A stretch of DNA of 17,020 nt, taken from NCBI RefSeq assembly GCF_004365815.1, contig NZ_SODD01000050.1, positions 1 to 17,020 of the forward strand. The letters are read 5' to 3'. Within the stretch, counting starts at the first letter, position 1. Every line of letters starts with the position of its first letter. Under the pieces are notes generated by a model. That model was not told where the DNA came from. It ran no database searches and was given only the letters and a program-made list of their open reading frames with translations. Origin of the DNA: Breznakia blatticola. Its GTDB lineage: Bacteria; Bacillota_I; Bacilli_A; Erysipelotrichales; Erysipelotrichaceae. Below are positions 7,770 through 15,234 of this stretch, piece by piece. Position numbers and translations under genes: made by a program.

Positions 7770-8171
7770 TTACTCGGTGTCGGCTTCAGGAATTGCTCCT
7801 GTGGGCGAGTTCAGTTCTTTATACTGAATTAATAGGCTAGCCATTTCCGGGTCTTTACCTGCATATTTTTCAAGCGTATCAAGCATCTTAATGTCTGCAA
7901 TTTTTTCTTGCATTTTATCATTAAGGACACGCTTGCGAATAGATGCGTCTTGGCGTTCGCGAAACGATTTCATATCAACCACATCAATGATTTCAAGCGG
8001 TTGGTGATACTTAGTGATTGCTTCGTATTGGTTGATTAGTTTTACAACTTGAACGCATACAGGCTCATTATCGTAGTTAGGGATAACAACCCAATCTTTC
8101 TCTTTTACGGATTTGTCAGTTAAGTAACAGTCAATTCCTTCATAACGGTTTTCTACTAAAATATAGTTCAT
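7770..8171 (-). CDS. Acidic hypothetical protein (133 aa), second gene of the SSB cassette
   Basis: GGAGAG lies 7 nt upstream of the ATG on the minus strand. By my count there are about 25 Asp/Glu against 18 Lys/Arg. No recognisable motif. It lies downstream of ssb and next to the oriT-like region. Confidence 0.7.
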   Translation of the reverse strand: MNYILVENRYEGIDCYLTDKSVKEKDWVVIPNYDNEPVCVQVVKLINQYEAITKYHQPLEIIDVVDMKSFRERQDASIRKRVLNDKMQEKIADIKMLDTLEKYAGKDPEMASLLIQYKELNSPTGAIPEADTE

Positions 8172-8207
8172 GATTTTTCTCTCCGTGTGCTATGGTTGGC
8201 ACTAATT

Positions 8208-8522
8208 TTAAACTTCTAAGTATTGAACTCTTTCGGCAACGAATTCATAGTTTGTGTAAGTCTTGTTTTCTTCACTCGTGTAGAAACTTGTAATCACGCG
8301 ACCCCTAATTGCCAGTAAGGTGTCTTTATCGCAAGTATCAATTACTTCTTCTGCAATGCCACGCCAAAGAGTGATTTGGAATATGTCACGTTCATAAACG
8401 CCGTCAGCATTTTTAAAATTGCGTTTTACGGCAAGTGATAAAAATGTGTACTTAATATTTACGCTTGTGAGTTGCAGGATTGGTTTTTCTACTATGCGAC
8501 CTACTAATATAAATTGATTCAC
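8208..8522 (-). CDS. ssb: Single-stranded DNA-binding protein, OB-fold core only (104 aa, no C-terminal acidic tail)
   Basis: MNQFILVGRIVEKPILQ...LAVKRNFKNADGVYERDIFQITLWRGIAEEV...AIRGRVITSFY...EFVAERVQYLEV aligns by eye along its length with the bacterial SSB OB fold (MNxVxLxGRL...LAVNRxFKN...DFxxxxxW...AExV...GRxxTRxY...VxAxxVQFLE). The SD AAAGGAG lies 6 nt upstream of the ATG. Confidence 0.85.
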   Translation of the reverse strand: MNQFILVGRIVEKPILQLTSVNIKYTFLSLAVKRNFKNADGVYERDIFQITLWRGIAEEVIDTCDKDTLLAIRGRVITSFYTSEENKTYTNYEFVAERVQYLEV

Positions 8523-8546
8523 ATGTCTGCTCCTTTCTCGGATGTA

Positions 8547-8666
8547 TCTTCCATCCGCACCCGATGAGTAACATCTGCGTAAGCAATCTTTGCAAGGGCG
8601 ACGAAGGAGTGCATTTACCCTTGCGAAGTTGCTGCAGGTGTTATCTTGTCGGTGGGGATGGAAAGA
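8547..8666 (+). promoter_or_regulatory. Long imperfect hairpin (~46 bp stem, 19-nt loop) upstream of ssb; candidate ssDNA promoter or single-strand origin (Frpo/sso-like), or alternatively back-to-back divergent promoters
   Basis: The left arm 8547-8598 pairs with the right arm 8618-8666. The stem has four G-T wobbles (8591/8625, 8574/8638, 8566/8647, 8565/8648) and bulges at 8587, 8579-8581, 8644, 8560 and 8664. On the minus strand the wobbles become A-C mismatches. The right arm carries TTGCGA (8621-8626), a 15-nt spacer, then TGtTATCTT (8639-8647). Confidence 0.45.
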
Positions 8667-8732
8667 AATTATAAAAAAGAAAATATTGGAAACGAAAAAT
8701 GATTTGATAAGAATTATTAGAAAAGAGGTTAT

Positions 8733-9179
8733 ATGAAAAAAGAAACATGTTTTGTTCGCGATCTAGACAAACAATTGTTAGATGAAGCAACAGAGATTGT
8801 TAGAAAAAAAGGAATAACAATCAAAACAGCAAAAGGAAACTTGGAATATATTTTGAAAGACTATGTCCGTTTACAACAAATGGGCATCTTAGAAAATCCA
8901 TATTTCTTGAAACAAGTAGAAAATATAATTGACAATAGATGTAATCGAATGGAGCGAACACTTGGTGGTAGATTATATACACTAACTGGAGAGCTTGCAA
9001 TTCAGACAGGAATTACAAACCGACTTGTTGCTGATTCAGTAGCTACCTTCTCAGAAGATGCTCCAGAAGAACGTATTAACAACTATCGAGTATTAGCTGT
9101 AGATGATCTAAGAAATAAAAAGAAACCAAGTACCTATATAGAACTTATAAAAGACGAGACTGAGGACTACGATGGCTAG
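8733..9179 (+). CDS. Putative relaxosome accessory protein with an N-terminal ribbon-helix-helix-like segment
   Basis: 148 aa. The N-terminus ETCFVRDLDKQLLDEATEIVRKKGITIKTAKGNLEYILKDYV fits the RHH strand-helix-helix pattern. The gene overlaps the relaxase start by 8 nt (ATGGCTAG). Confidence 0.5.
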   Translation: MKKETCFVRDLDKQLLDEATEIVRKKGITIKTAKGNLEYILKDYVRLQQMGILENPYFLKQVENIIDNRCNRMERTLGGRLYTLTGELAIQTGITNRLVADSVATFSEDAPEERINNYRVLAVDDLRNKKKPSTYIELIKDETEDYDG

Positions 9180-10842
9180 GCTGATTATGTATTCTGACTT
9201 TCTTTCGAACAAAGAAAAACCGCAGATATTAAATTCCCTGGAATATATCGCTAAACGTGAAGGAGTAGAAATTAATGGAAAGCAGAAGTTAATTGAACAG
9301 AAATATGATTTAAAAGGATTAGTAACAAAAAAACAAGAAGAGCTAATTACTGAAGTTGTAACTAAATATCCTGATACCAAAGAGTTGTTAGAATATCAAG
9401 AATACACAAATCAATCAACAAAACAAAACGCTAGTAACTTTATAACAATGGCAACACAAAGACTGGAAGAACTTGCATTCACTAATGCAGATTACATGAA
9501 ATACATTTCAGAACGCCCAGGAGTAGAAATTAACGAAAATGATACACATGGATTGTTCAATAAGGATGGAGTTGCTGATCTAAGTCATGTGAAAAGTACA
9601 TTTGCTGATCATCAAGGAGTAGTTTGGCGTGATGTTATTTCTTTACGAAGAGAAGATGCAATAGAGGTGGGTCTTGACTCTCGCGAAGCATGGCAAAAAA
9701 TGCTTTCTTCACATATGAACAAAAAAGCAGAATTGTTAGGTATTCCACAGGATGAATTTCATTGGTGTGCAGCGTTTCATGATGAAAGTTTTCATCCGCA
9801 CGTGCATGTAATGTCATGGTCGGATAATTTAGCAGCAGGTTATCAGGATGTACATGCAATAGAAAAGTTTAAATCAGTGCTTGCGAACGATATTTTTGAG
9901 AATGAAATGTGGTTAGCTAAAGAACTGAAAAATGAAGTTCGTATAGATCTAGAAACTGAGTACAAGAATAAATTAGATGAAATTGTAAAGGATGCAAGCA
10001 TTGCGTTTGTTGGAAAAAGTGAAGATGAAAATATTAATCCGATAGTAATGAATGTAGAAAACAAACTTGTTGATTTGTCTTCAGTCCTGAAAGAGAAAGG
10101 TTCTCGTGTCTATGGTTATCAAACTGCAGAGGCAAAAGATAAAACTGATGATCTTGTTTCATATTTGCTACATCAAGAAGAACTTAGACCACTACTTAAA
10201 GAATATGTTGAATCGAATCAAAGGCTTGTTGAATTTTACAAAAAGGATACATCTCAGTTTGCAGAAGAATTCTTAAATAAAATGATCCATCCAGAAAAAG
10301 GCGATCGTAAAGTCCTACATAATGCAGTTGTAGCTGCAGCATATGAAATAAAAGATGCGAATTATTCGAAGCAAATTGTTTATGGTGAACAATTGCATTC
10401 TTTAAATCAAAAGTTGTCTGAATATACAGTTCCTCATGATGTGAAAGACAAAGAAAAATTAGCACTTGCTATCAGCAAGGTTGGATTCCTTCAGGAGAAG
10501 AACTTGCATGAGATTGTTGAAGATTTAAAACCTCTTATTGATGATGAAGAAAAGGCTATGGAAATTATGCTTGATGCAAAGGACAATAGCTTATTAACGA
10601 AAACTGAAACACGTATGATCAATAACGCTTATGATGAGCGTATTGATGAAAAAGTAGATTTTGAAAATTATGAAAAAACAAATGAATCAATCAAACAAAA
10701 TGTAGCTGAAAGTTTAATCATGAGATTTATGACATTTTTATCTAATGACACGAATGAACATAATCATGAGTTGAAACGTATACAGTCAATTAAAGCGGAA
10801 GATCGTATGTTGATACGACATGCTCAAAAGCAAAGGAGATAA
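9172..10842 (+). CDS. Conjugative relaxase, MobA/MobL (MOBQ/MOBL-like) type
   Basis: 556 aa. Y25 sits in LEYIAKREGV (compare the YIQREG context of RSF1010 MobA Y25). VISLRRED is motif II-like. The His triad is FHDESFHPHVHV (nt 9778-9807). GAGGA lies 5 nt upstream of the ATG. The coupling protein gene follows. Confidence 0.85.
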   Translation: MARLIMYSDFLSNKEKPQILNSLEYIAKREGVEINGKQKLIEQKYDLKGLVTKKQEELITEVVTKYPDTKELLEYQEYTNQSTKQNASNFITMATQRLEELAFTNADYMKYISERPGVEINENDTHGLFNKDGVADLSHVKSTFADHQGVVWRDVISLRREDAIEVGLDSREAWQKMLSSHMNKKAELLGIPQDEFHWCAAFHDESFHPHVHVMSWSDNLAAGYQDVHAIEKFKSVLANDIFENEMWLAKELKNEVRIDLETEYKNKLDEIVKDASIAFVGKSEDENINPIVMNVENKLVDLSSVLKEKGSRVYGYQTAEAKDKTDDLVSYLLHQEELRPLLKEYVESNQRLVEFYKKDTSQFAEEFLNKMIHPEKGDRKVLHNAVVAAAYEIKDANYSKQIVYGEQLHSLNQKLSEYTVPHDVKDKEKLALAISKVGFLQEKNLHEIVEDLKPLIDDEEKAMEIMLDAKDNSLLTKTETRMINNAYDERIDEKVDFENYEKTNESIKQNVAESLIMRFMTFLSNDTNEHNHELKRIQSIKAEDRMLIRHAQKQRR

Positions 10843-10847
10843 AACAA

Positions 10848-12857
10848 ATGATATTAGGAGCAGTAAACTCATTTGAAGAACTATTAACAAATCTTGGTCC
10901 AGTAAAAGTAGTGTTTTATGCTTTTCTATTGTTGTTTGCAATAATAGGAACAATTTACTTGAACAAGCGTAATCGACTTGATCAGTTGAAATCAAAAAAA
11001 GTTGGGGACGGCCAACATGGAACAGATAAGTTTTTAAACCTAAAAGAAATGGAAAAACTATACAAAACGATTAAAATTCCAAACGAGATGACAGATATGT
11101 CATCAGAATGGTTGCCAGGTAGAATATTGCATTTTAATCCACAAACAAGGGAAGCTATTATTGATACCTCTTATACACATGCTGCAGTTGAGGCTCCAAC
11201 AGAGACTGGGAAGACTACTACTTATGTTGTTCCAAATGCTCAATACAATTTGATGGCTGGAACATCAATGGTGATTCCTTGTATTAAACCAGAGCTTATT
11301 GATTTATTGGCACAAGATGCAAAGGAGTTGGGGTATGAAGTAGGGATTATTGATTTTAACAAGCCTGCAAAATCGATAGGTTTCGATTTCTTTGCCGATA
11401 TAAATGAATACATAGATAAATACAAAGAAGATCCAACAGATTTGATGGCCAAAGCTGAAGCAGAGTCTCTTGCTGGTCAACTTGCAAAAGATATAGTTAC
11501 TTCACGCGATCGATCTAATAGCGAAAACTCTTTCTTCCTAGGTTCATCAGAAGGACTTGTGCATGCTACAGTCTTACTTACGTCACTGTATGGTACTGCA
11601 AGTCAAAAACACTTAAGTAGTGTACGTTCACTTGTTCAAAACATAATGATGATGTCTCCTGAAGAAAATGAGGGAAGAGGCAATACATTTACAAGTAAAA
11701 TCCAAAGATTAATTGGACATATGCCTGAAGATTTCGGGCCGAGAAAGCATGTTGGTGCAGCTTTTGCATCGAATCAAGAGACTGAAGCCAATATTTACTC
11801 TTCAGTTCTAAATGACCTAAAGCCAATCAATAACTCACAAGCTGAACAAATTGTATCTGTGCCAGGTAAAAAAGACTGTTTTCAATTTATGGATCTAATT
11901 AATAAAAAATACGTATTATTTATTCACATGCCGGAGACTAAACCGGAGTTTTATATATTTGCAAAACTGATAATAAAAAAAATATGTATGCAATTATCTA
12001 ATTATGCAAATACAGAATGTAAGGGTGTTCTTCCTAAACCAGTGAAAATTATTTGGGATGAATTTGGTTTGTCGCCAAAGATTGATAAATTTGATGAAGA
12101 AATGGCAATTGATAGAGGTAAGCATATTTTGTTTGATTTAATTTACCAGGACACATCACAATTAGTGAAAATATATGGTGAAGAAGACAAAGATGTCATT
12201 TTGCATCAGTGCGCATCAGAGATTATCCTTGGTATTTCTCCAACAAATGTAGATCGTGCTGAAGAACTATCAAAAGCAATAGGTAAAAATACAATACTAT
12301 CTGGTTCTGTTACGCGTAGTCATAATACTGGACGTGGAGGGACAGGTGATTCGATTACACACCAAATGATGGAACGTGAGCTTATGACTGTTGGTGAAAT
12401 TCTTCGCATGGAAAAGAAAAATCAACGGTTAGTATTTAGACGTGGTGAATATCCATTTCTTGCAAATTTTCCTTCTTACTATAAAGAAGAATGGGGTTTA
12501 ACGCCTAAGCCATATATGGAAGAAAATTCCGATCCACAATACTATGGAGTAGATTACCTGTCATTTGATCATGTTATTGAAGTTTTGGATGAAAATAAAG
12601 ATATGACAGTTACTACTCATACTGGAGTTATCACCAATTTCTCTCCAGCCACAAAAAGCACTGGAGATGATGCGTTGGCAGAGTTAGCAATGAAATTATA
12701 CGAGCTATCAAATAATGATGAACATGTAAAACAGCTGTGTTTAGAAAAACAGTGGCCAAAGATTATGAATGCAATGAAACCATACTACAACAAAATTACT
12801 AAAATGGAATTACAGGCATTAATGATTGGCTATCAAGAAAGAATTGAAAGGAGCTAA
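10848..12857 (+). CDS. virD4: Type IV coupling protein (VirD4/TraG family ATPase)
   Basis: 669 aa with an N-terminal TM helix (VVFYAFLLLFAIIGTIYL). Walker A is APTETGKTTT (nt 11193-11216). Walker B is KIIWDEFG. AAAGGAGA lies 8 nt upstream of the ATG. Confidence 0.9.
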   Translation: MILGAVNSFEELLTNLGPVKVVFYAFLLLFAIIGTIYLNKRNRLDQLKSKKVGDGQHGTDKFLNLKEMEKLYKTIKIPNEMTDMSSEWLPGRILHFNPQTREAIIDTSYTHAAVEAPTETGKTTTYVVPNAQYNLMAGTSMVIPCIKPELIDLLAQDAKELGYEVGIIDFNKPAKSIGFDFFADINEYIDKYKEDPTDLMAKAEAESLAGQLAKDIVTSRDRSNSENSFFLGSSEGLVHATVLLTSLYGTASQKHLSSVRSLVQNIMMMSPEENEGRGNTFTSKIQRLIGHMPEDFGPRKHVGAAFASNQETEANIYSSVLNDLKPINNSQAEQIVSVPGKKDCFQFMDLINKKYVLFIHMPETKPEFYIFAKLIIKKICMQLSNYANTECKGVLPKPVKIIWDEFGLSPKIDKFDEEMAIDRGKHILFDLIYQDTSQLVKIYGEEDKDVILHQCASEIILGISPTNVDRAEELSKAIGKNTILSGSVTRSHNTGRGGTGDSITHQMMERELMTVGEILRMEKKNQRLVFRRGEYPFLANFPSYYKEEWGLTPKPYMEENSDPQYYGVDYLSFDHVIEVLDENKDMTVTTHTGVITNFSPATKSTGDDALAELAMKLYELSNNDEHVKQLCLEKQWPKIMNAMKPYYNKITKMELQALMIGYQERIERS

Positions 12858-12859
12858 AG

Positions 12860-13669
12860 ATGTACCATTATATTAGACAAAGACTGCTAGAAGTCTTGAG
12901 AATTGCGTATAAAGATAATTTCGATACATACAGCAAGTTTCTAGTAAAGCTTTCTTTTAAAGAAAGTAAAAAAACGAGTAAATATATATTTGAGAAAAAA
13001 ACGATATTGATCAACAATCTATCTTATAAACCTGCAGATATTTTCATTGCTGCTTTGTTATCTCTTACGGAACACATTGACATAGTTAATAGAAGCGAGT
13101 CTCATCTTGATCGTGATTATTTCCTGGTGTTTAGAAAACTAATTAATGTTGCTATAGGAAGAAATATCATAACATTAGAAGATCTAACAAAGTATTCTGA
13201 TGAAAAAATGCGTAGTAAACTTCAAGCAGAATTTTCTACATTTAAGAATTGGGATATCAAAGCTCATGATTTTATCCCAGAGTATACGTATGTATATGTC
13301 TTTGAGAGTTTTATGATCAAGAATGTTTTGAAAACAAATGGTTATCAATATGATAAAGACCAAGGTTTATGGATTAAAAGATTAATAAACTCACAAGCAC
13401 AAGAAGAACAACCATTCATTGAGATGTATAAAAACCAAGCTGTTTTTAAAGTGGTTAATGATAACTCATTTTTTATTCGTCCAGTGTACTTGTTAAAAAT
13501 CAAAACTTATGCAAAAGAAGAAGCACCTTTATTAAATGCGTTAGAATATGGTTACAATCCAAAAACAAATATATGGGTTAAATTGATCGAAACTTCTAAT
13601 ATTGCTCAAGAGATGAATAATATCGAAAAAATTCCAAAACAAAAAGTATTTATCACTGAGAATAAGTAA
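12860..13669 (+). CDS. Hypothetical protein (269 aa), last gene of the relaxase/T4CP operon; contains an internally duplicated strand-helix-(G/E)YxY(D/N)-W motif
   Basis: GAAAGGAG lies 6 nt upstream of the ATG, which is 2 nt after the T4CP stop. No TM segment. Repeat 1 is YVYVFESFMIKNVLKTNGYQYDKDQGLWIKRL. Repeat 2 is YLLKIKTYAKEEAPLLNALEYGYNPKTNIWVKLI. Confidence 0.75.
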   Translation: MYHYIRQRLLEVLRIAYKDNFDTYSKFLVKLSFKESKKTSKYIFEKKTILINNLSYKPADIFIAALLSLTEHIDIVNRSESHLDRDYFLVFRKLINVAIGRNIITLEDLTKYSDEKMRSKLQAEFSTFKNWDIKAHDFIPEYTYVYVFESFMIKNVLKTNGYQYDKDQGLWIKRLINSQAQEEQPFIEMYKNQAVFKVVNDNSFFIRPVYLLKIKTYAKEEAPLLNALEYGYNPKTNIWVKLIETSNIAQEMNNIEKIPKQKVFITENK

Positions 13670-13997
13670 ACAATTAATGTTGAGTAAACATTAGAAATAA
13701 GATGCAGGTAAAAACGGAGTAATGGTGAAATTTCATATAGAGTTTAAGAAACTGGGTGATAAGCAACGAGATACTAGTGATAATGAATGCTAAAACTAAG
13801 TGGCGAGGTGTCATTATTTTGTGCGTTATCAAATATTTACTAGTATCATATGATTATAATGAATGTTAACAAGTACAGGTGCAATCTAGTTTCTGTATAA
13901 TGACTTGTGTATTCAAATAGATGTGGAATGTAGAAGATTGTTTCTTTGTTTGTTTTAAATTAATACATAGAATTAAACGAAAAACATAAAAACAGTC

Positions 13998-14016
13998 AAA
14001 ATCATTGAATGATTTT
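13998..14016. promoter_or_regulatory. 19-bp perfect palindrome AAAATCATTGAATGATTTT, candidate operator upstream of the cargo promoter
   Basis: 9-bp arms around a central G at 14007. It lies about 60 bp upstream of the -35 at 14075. Confidence 0.35.
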
Positions 14017-14074
14017 ATGGGTTGATAAAAAAAGCAAAAATTCTTCGAAAATCAAAGTATTTTTATGAAAGCGC

Positions 14075-14103
14075 TTGCATGTAAAATATAGAAATGCTAT
14101 ATT
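14075..14103 (+). promoter_or_regulatory. Sigma-70/SigA-type promoter for the cargo pair
   Basis: TTGCAT (14075-14080), a 17-nt spacer, TATATT (14098-14103). It is about 45 nt upstream of the ATG at 14149. Confidence 0.55.
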
Positions 14104-14148
14104 ATGATTATAAATAGCTATTTATACAATATTGAAGGGAAGAGGAAA

Positions 14149-14778
14149 ATGAAAAATAGAAAAACAATAATCGCAATACTTTGTGTGATTTCTCTAGGTT
14201 TTGTCATGATTCCTAATAATGTAAAAGCGCATGAGAAGTTAGCTGTTCCAGTAGTGACTGAAGAAACGCAACGCGTTTATGTAGACAGTGATATGAGTGA
14301 CGAAGAATTGCTAAAAGAAATGGAAAGAATTGAAAATGAAAAAGTTCAAGCCCAAGCAGCAAAAACTAGAAGCAGTACAGGGTATACAGTAAAACTTGAA
14401 TTTTATAGAAATGAATATAGGAAAACAGGAATAAAAGTTTGTGGAAATCAACCGGATGGTGGTACAAATTTCGGTGACACAGGTGGTGCATTTGGTTATC
14501 AGGATGGTTCTGCACATGGTGCTGTTTCAATGTCATTTGGTTTGTCTGGATATATGACAAGCGCAAGTGTTGGTGTAGGAACTAAACAAGCAGCTGGAGT
14601 AAATGGTATTTACGTTAACGCCCCACCAAACAAAGCAGTAAAACTGTACGTAAACAAAACTGTTAGAGCGGTCACATATAAGAGATATAAAGTTTACAAT
14701 ATTAATGGTGTTAAAGAACCGTACGGATATACGACTTCTTGGCCGAGTACTTATTATCTTGATTTCTCTGTAAGATAA
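14149..14778 (+). CDS. Secreted Gly/beta-rich protein of unknown function (Sec signal peptide)
   Basis: I start it at the ATG at 14149 (MKNRKTIIAILCVISLGFVMIPNNVKA/HEK), which has GAAGGGAAGAGGAAA just upstream. The track start at 14104 abuts the -10 box. The mature part is rich in G, Y, T and V. No motif recognised. Confidence 0.7.
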   Translation: MKNRKTIIAILCVISLGFVMIPNNVKAHEKLAVPVVTEETQRVYVDSDMSDEELLKEMERIENEKVQAQAAKTRSSTGYTVKLEFYRNEYRKTGIKVCGNQPDGGTNFGDTGGAFGYQDGSAHGAVSMSFGLSGYMTSASVGVGTKQAAGVNGIYVNAPPNKAVKLYVNKTVRAVTYKRYKVYNINGVKEPYGYTTSWPSTYYLDFSVR

Positions 14779-14796
14779 AGGTTGGAGGTTTCTCTT

Positions 14797-15117
14797 GTGA
14801 GTAATAGATCAAAAGCTATAGGACTAGGATTGTTTGTATTAATATTAATTATATTTACTTGCTTCATTTTTGTGAAACCAAATACTAATCGAAATATTAC
14901 AAAAATCGACAATACTGTTCGGTGGGAGTATAAAGAAAGTGAAACAATTGAGTTGAAAAATACTGATCTGCTTTATGATGATAGTAATATGTTAATTAAA
15001 CCAAGTTCAAGTGATGATCAAAGCTCATATTATAATTTAGTAAAAGGCGAGTACAAGTTAAAAACAAGAGTAATACTAAATGATGAACCGGTTGAAATCA
15101 AAATTATTGTTTATTAA
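14797..15117 (+). CDS. Small single-pass membrane-anchored protein of unknown function
   Basis: I start it at the GTG at 14797, with GGAGG at 14784-14788 (8-nt spacing). The N-terminal TM helix is AIGLGLFVLILIIFTCFIFV, followed by a ~75-aa extracytoplasmic part. It starts 19 nt after the stop of the secreted-protein gene. Confidence 0.6.
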   Translation: MSNRSKAIGLGLFVLILIIFTCFIFVKPNTNRNITKIDNTVRWEYKESETIELKNTDLLYDDSNMLIKPSSSDDQSSYYNLVKGEYKLKTRVILNDEPVEIKIIVY

Positions 15118-15160
15118 GGTGCTTTAAAAAAATAAGGGGTTTTACTAAAACCTATAAATA

Positions 15161-15195
15161 ATCCGTGGGGCGCATTTACCCCACGGATATTTTAT
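15161..15195. terminator. Rho-independent terminator, probably bidirectional, between convergent genes
   Basis: 10-bp GC-rich stem ATCCGTGGGG/CCCCACGGAT with the 8-nt loop cgcattta, followed by ATTTTAT on the plus strand. An A-rich tract upstream gives a U-rich tail on the minus strand. Confidence 0.8.
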
Positions 15196-15234
15196 AGCTT
15201 AATTTATAAGTATTGCTACGTCACTTTAATTATT

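Noticed and set aside
8686-8714. TTGGAA-17-AAGAAT as the promoter of the RHH/relaxase operon
   Set aside because: Each hexamer matches only 4/6, and the implied transcript start would fall almost on the SD. The right arm of the 8547-8666 hairpin (TTGCGA-15-TGtTATCTT) is an equally plausible dsDNA promoter, so I made no firm call.
9108-11452. Antisense ORFs 9108-9380, 9635-9859, 9843-10064, 10196-10465, 10786-10995 and 11240-11452 (all minus strand)
   Set aside because: They lie opposite the relaxase and T4CP genes. They are shadow frames with no RBS and no motifs.
13723-13867. Mini-ORFs in the 13670-14074 spacer: a 23-codon ORF at 13723 and a 28-codon ORF at 13784
   Set aside because: There is no properly spaced SD (GGAG is only 2 nt from the ATG at 13723, and none precedes 13784). 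They are too short to support from sequence alone.
14104-14148. Track start codon at 14104 for the secreted protein (MIINSYLYNIEGKRK extension)
   Set aside because: The ATG abuts the predicted -10 box (14098-14103), so it would lie upstream of the transcript start. The ATG at 14149 has a purine-rich SD and begins a canonical signal peptide.
14311-14566. Antisense ORFs 14311-14517 and 14366-14566 (-), plus 91-273 (-) at the left end
   Set aside because: They lie opposite better-supported plus-strand genes. They are Cys/Thr/Phe-rich nonsense-like sequences.
14782-14796. TTG start at 14782 for the membrane-anchored protein
   Set aside because: The GGAGG at 14784-14788 would fall inside the coding region. 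It is correctly spaced (8 nt) for the in-frame GTG at 14797.
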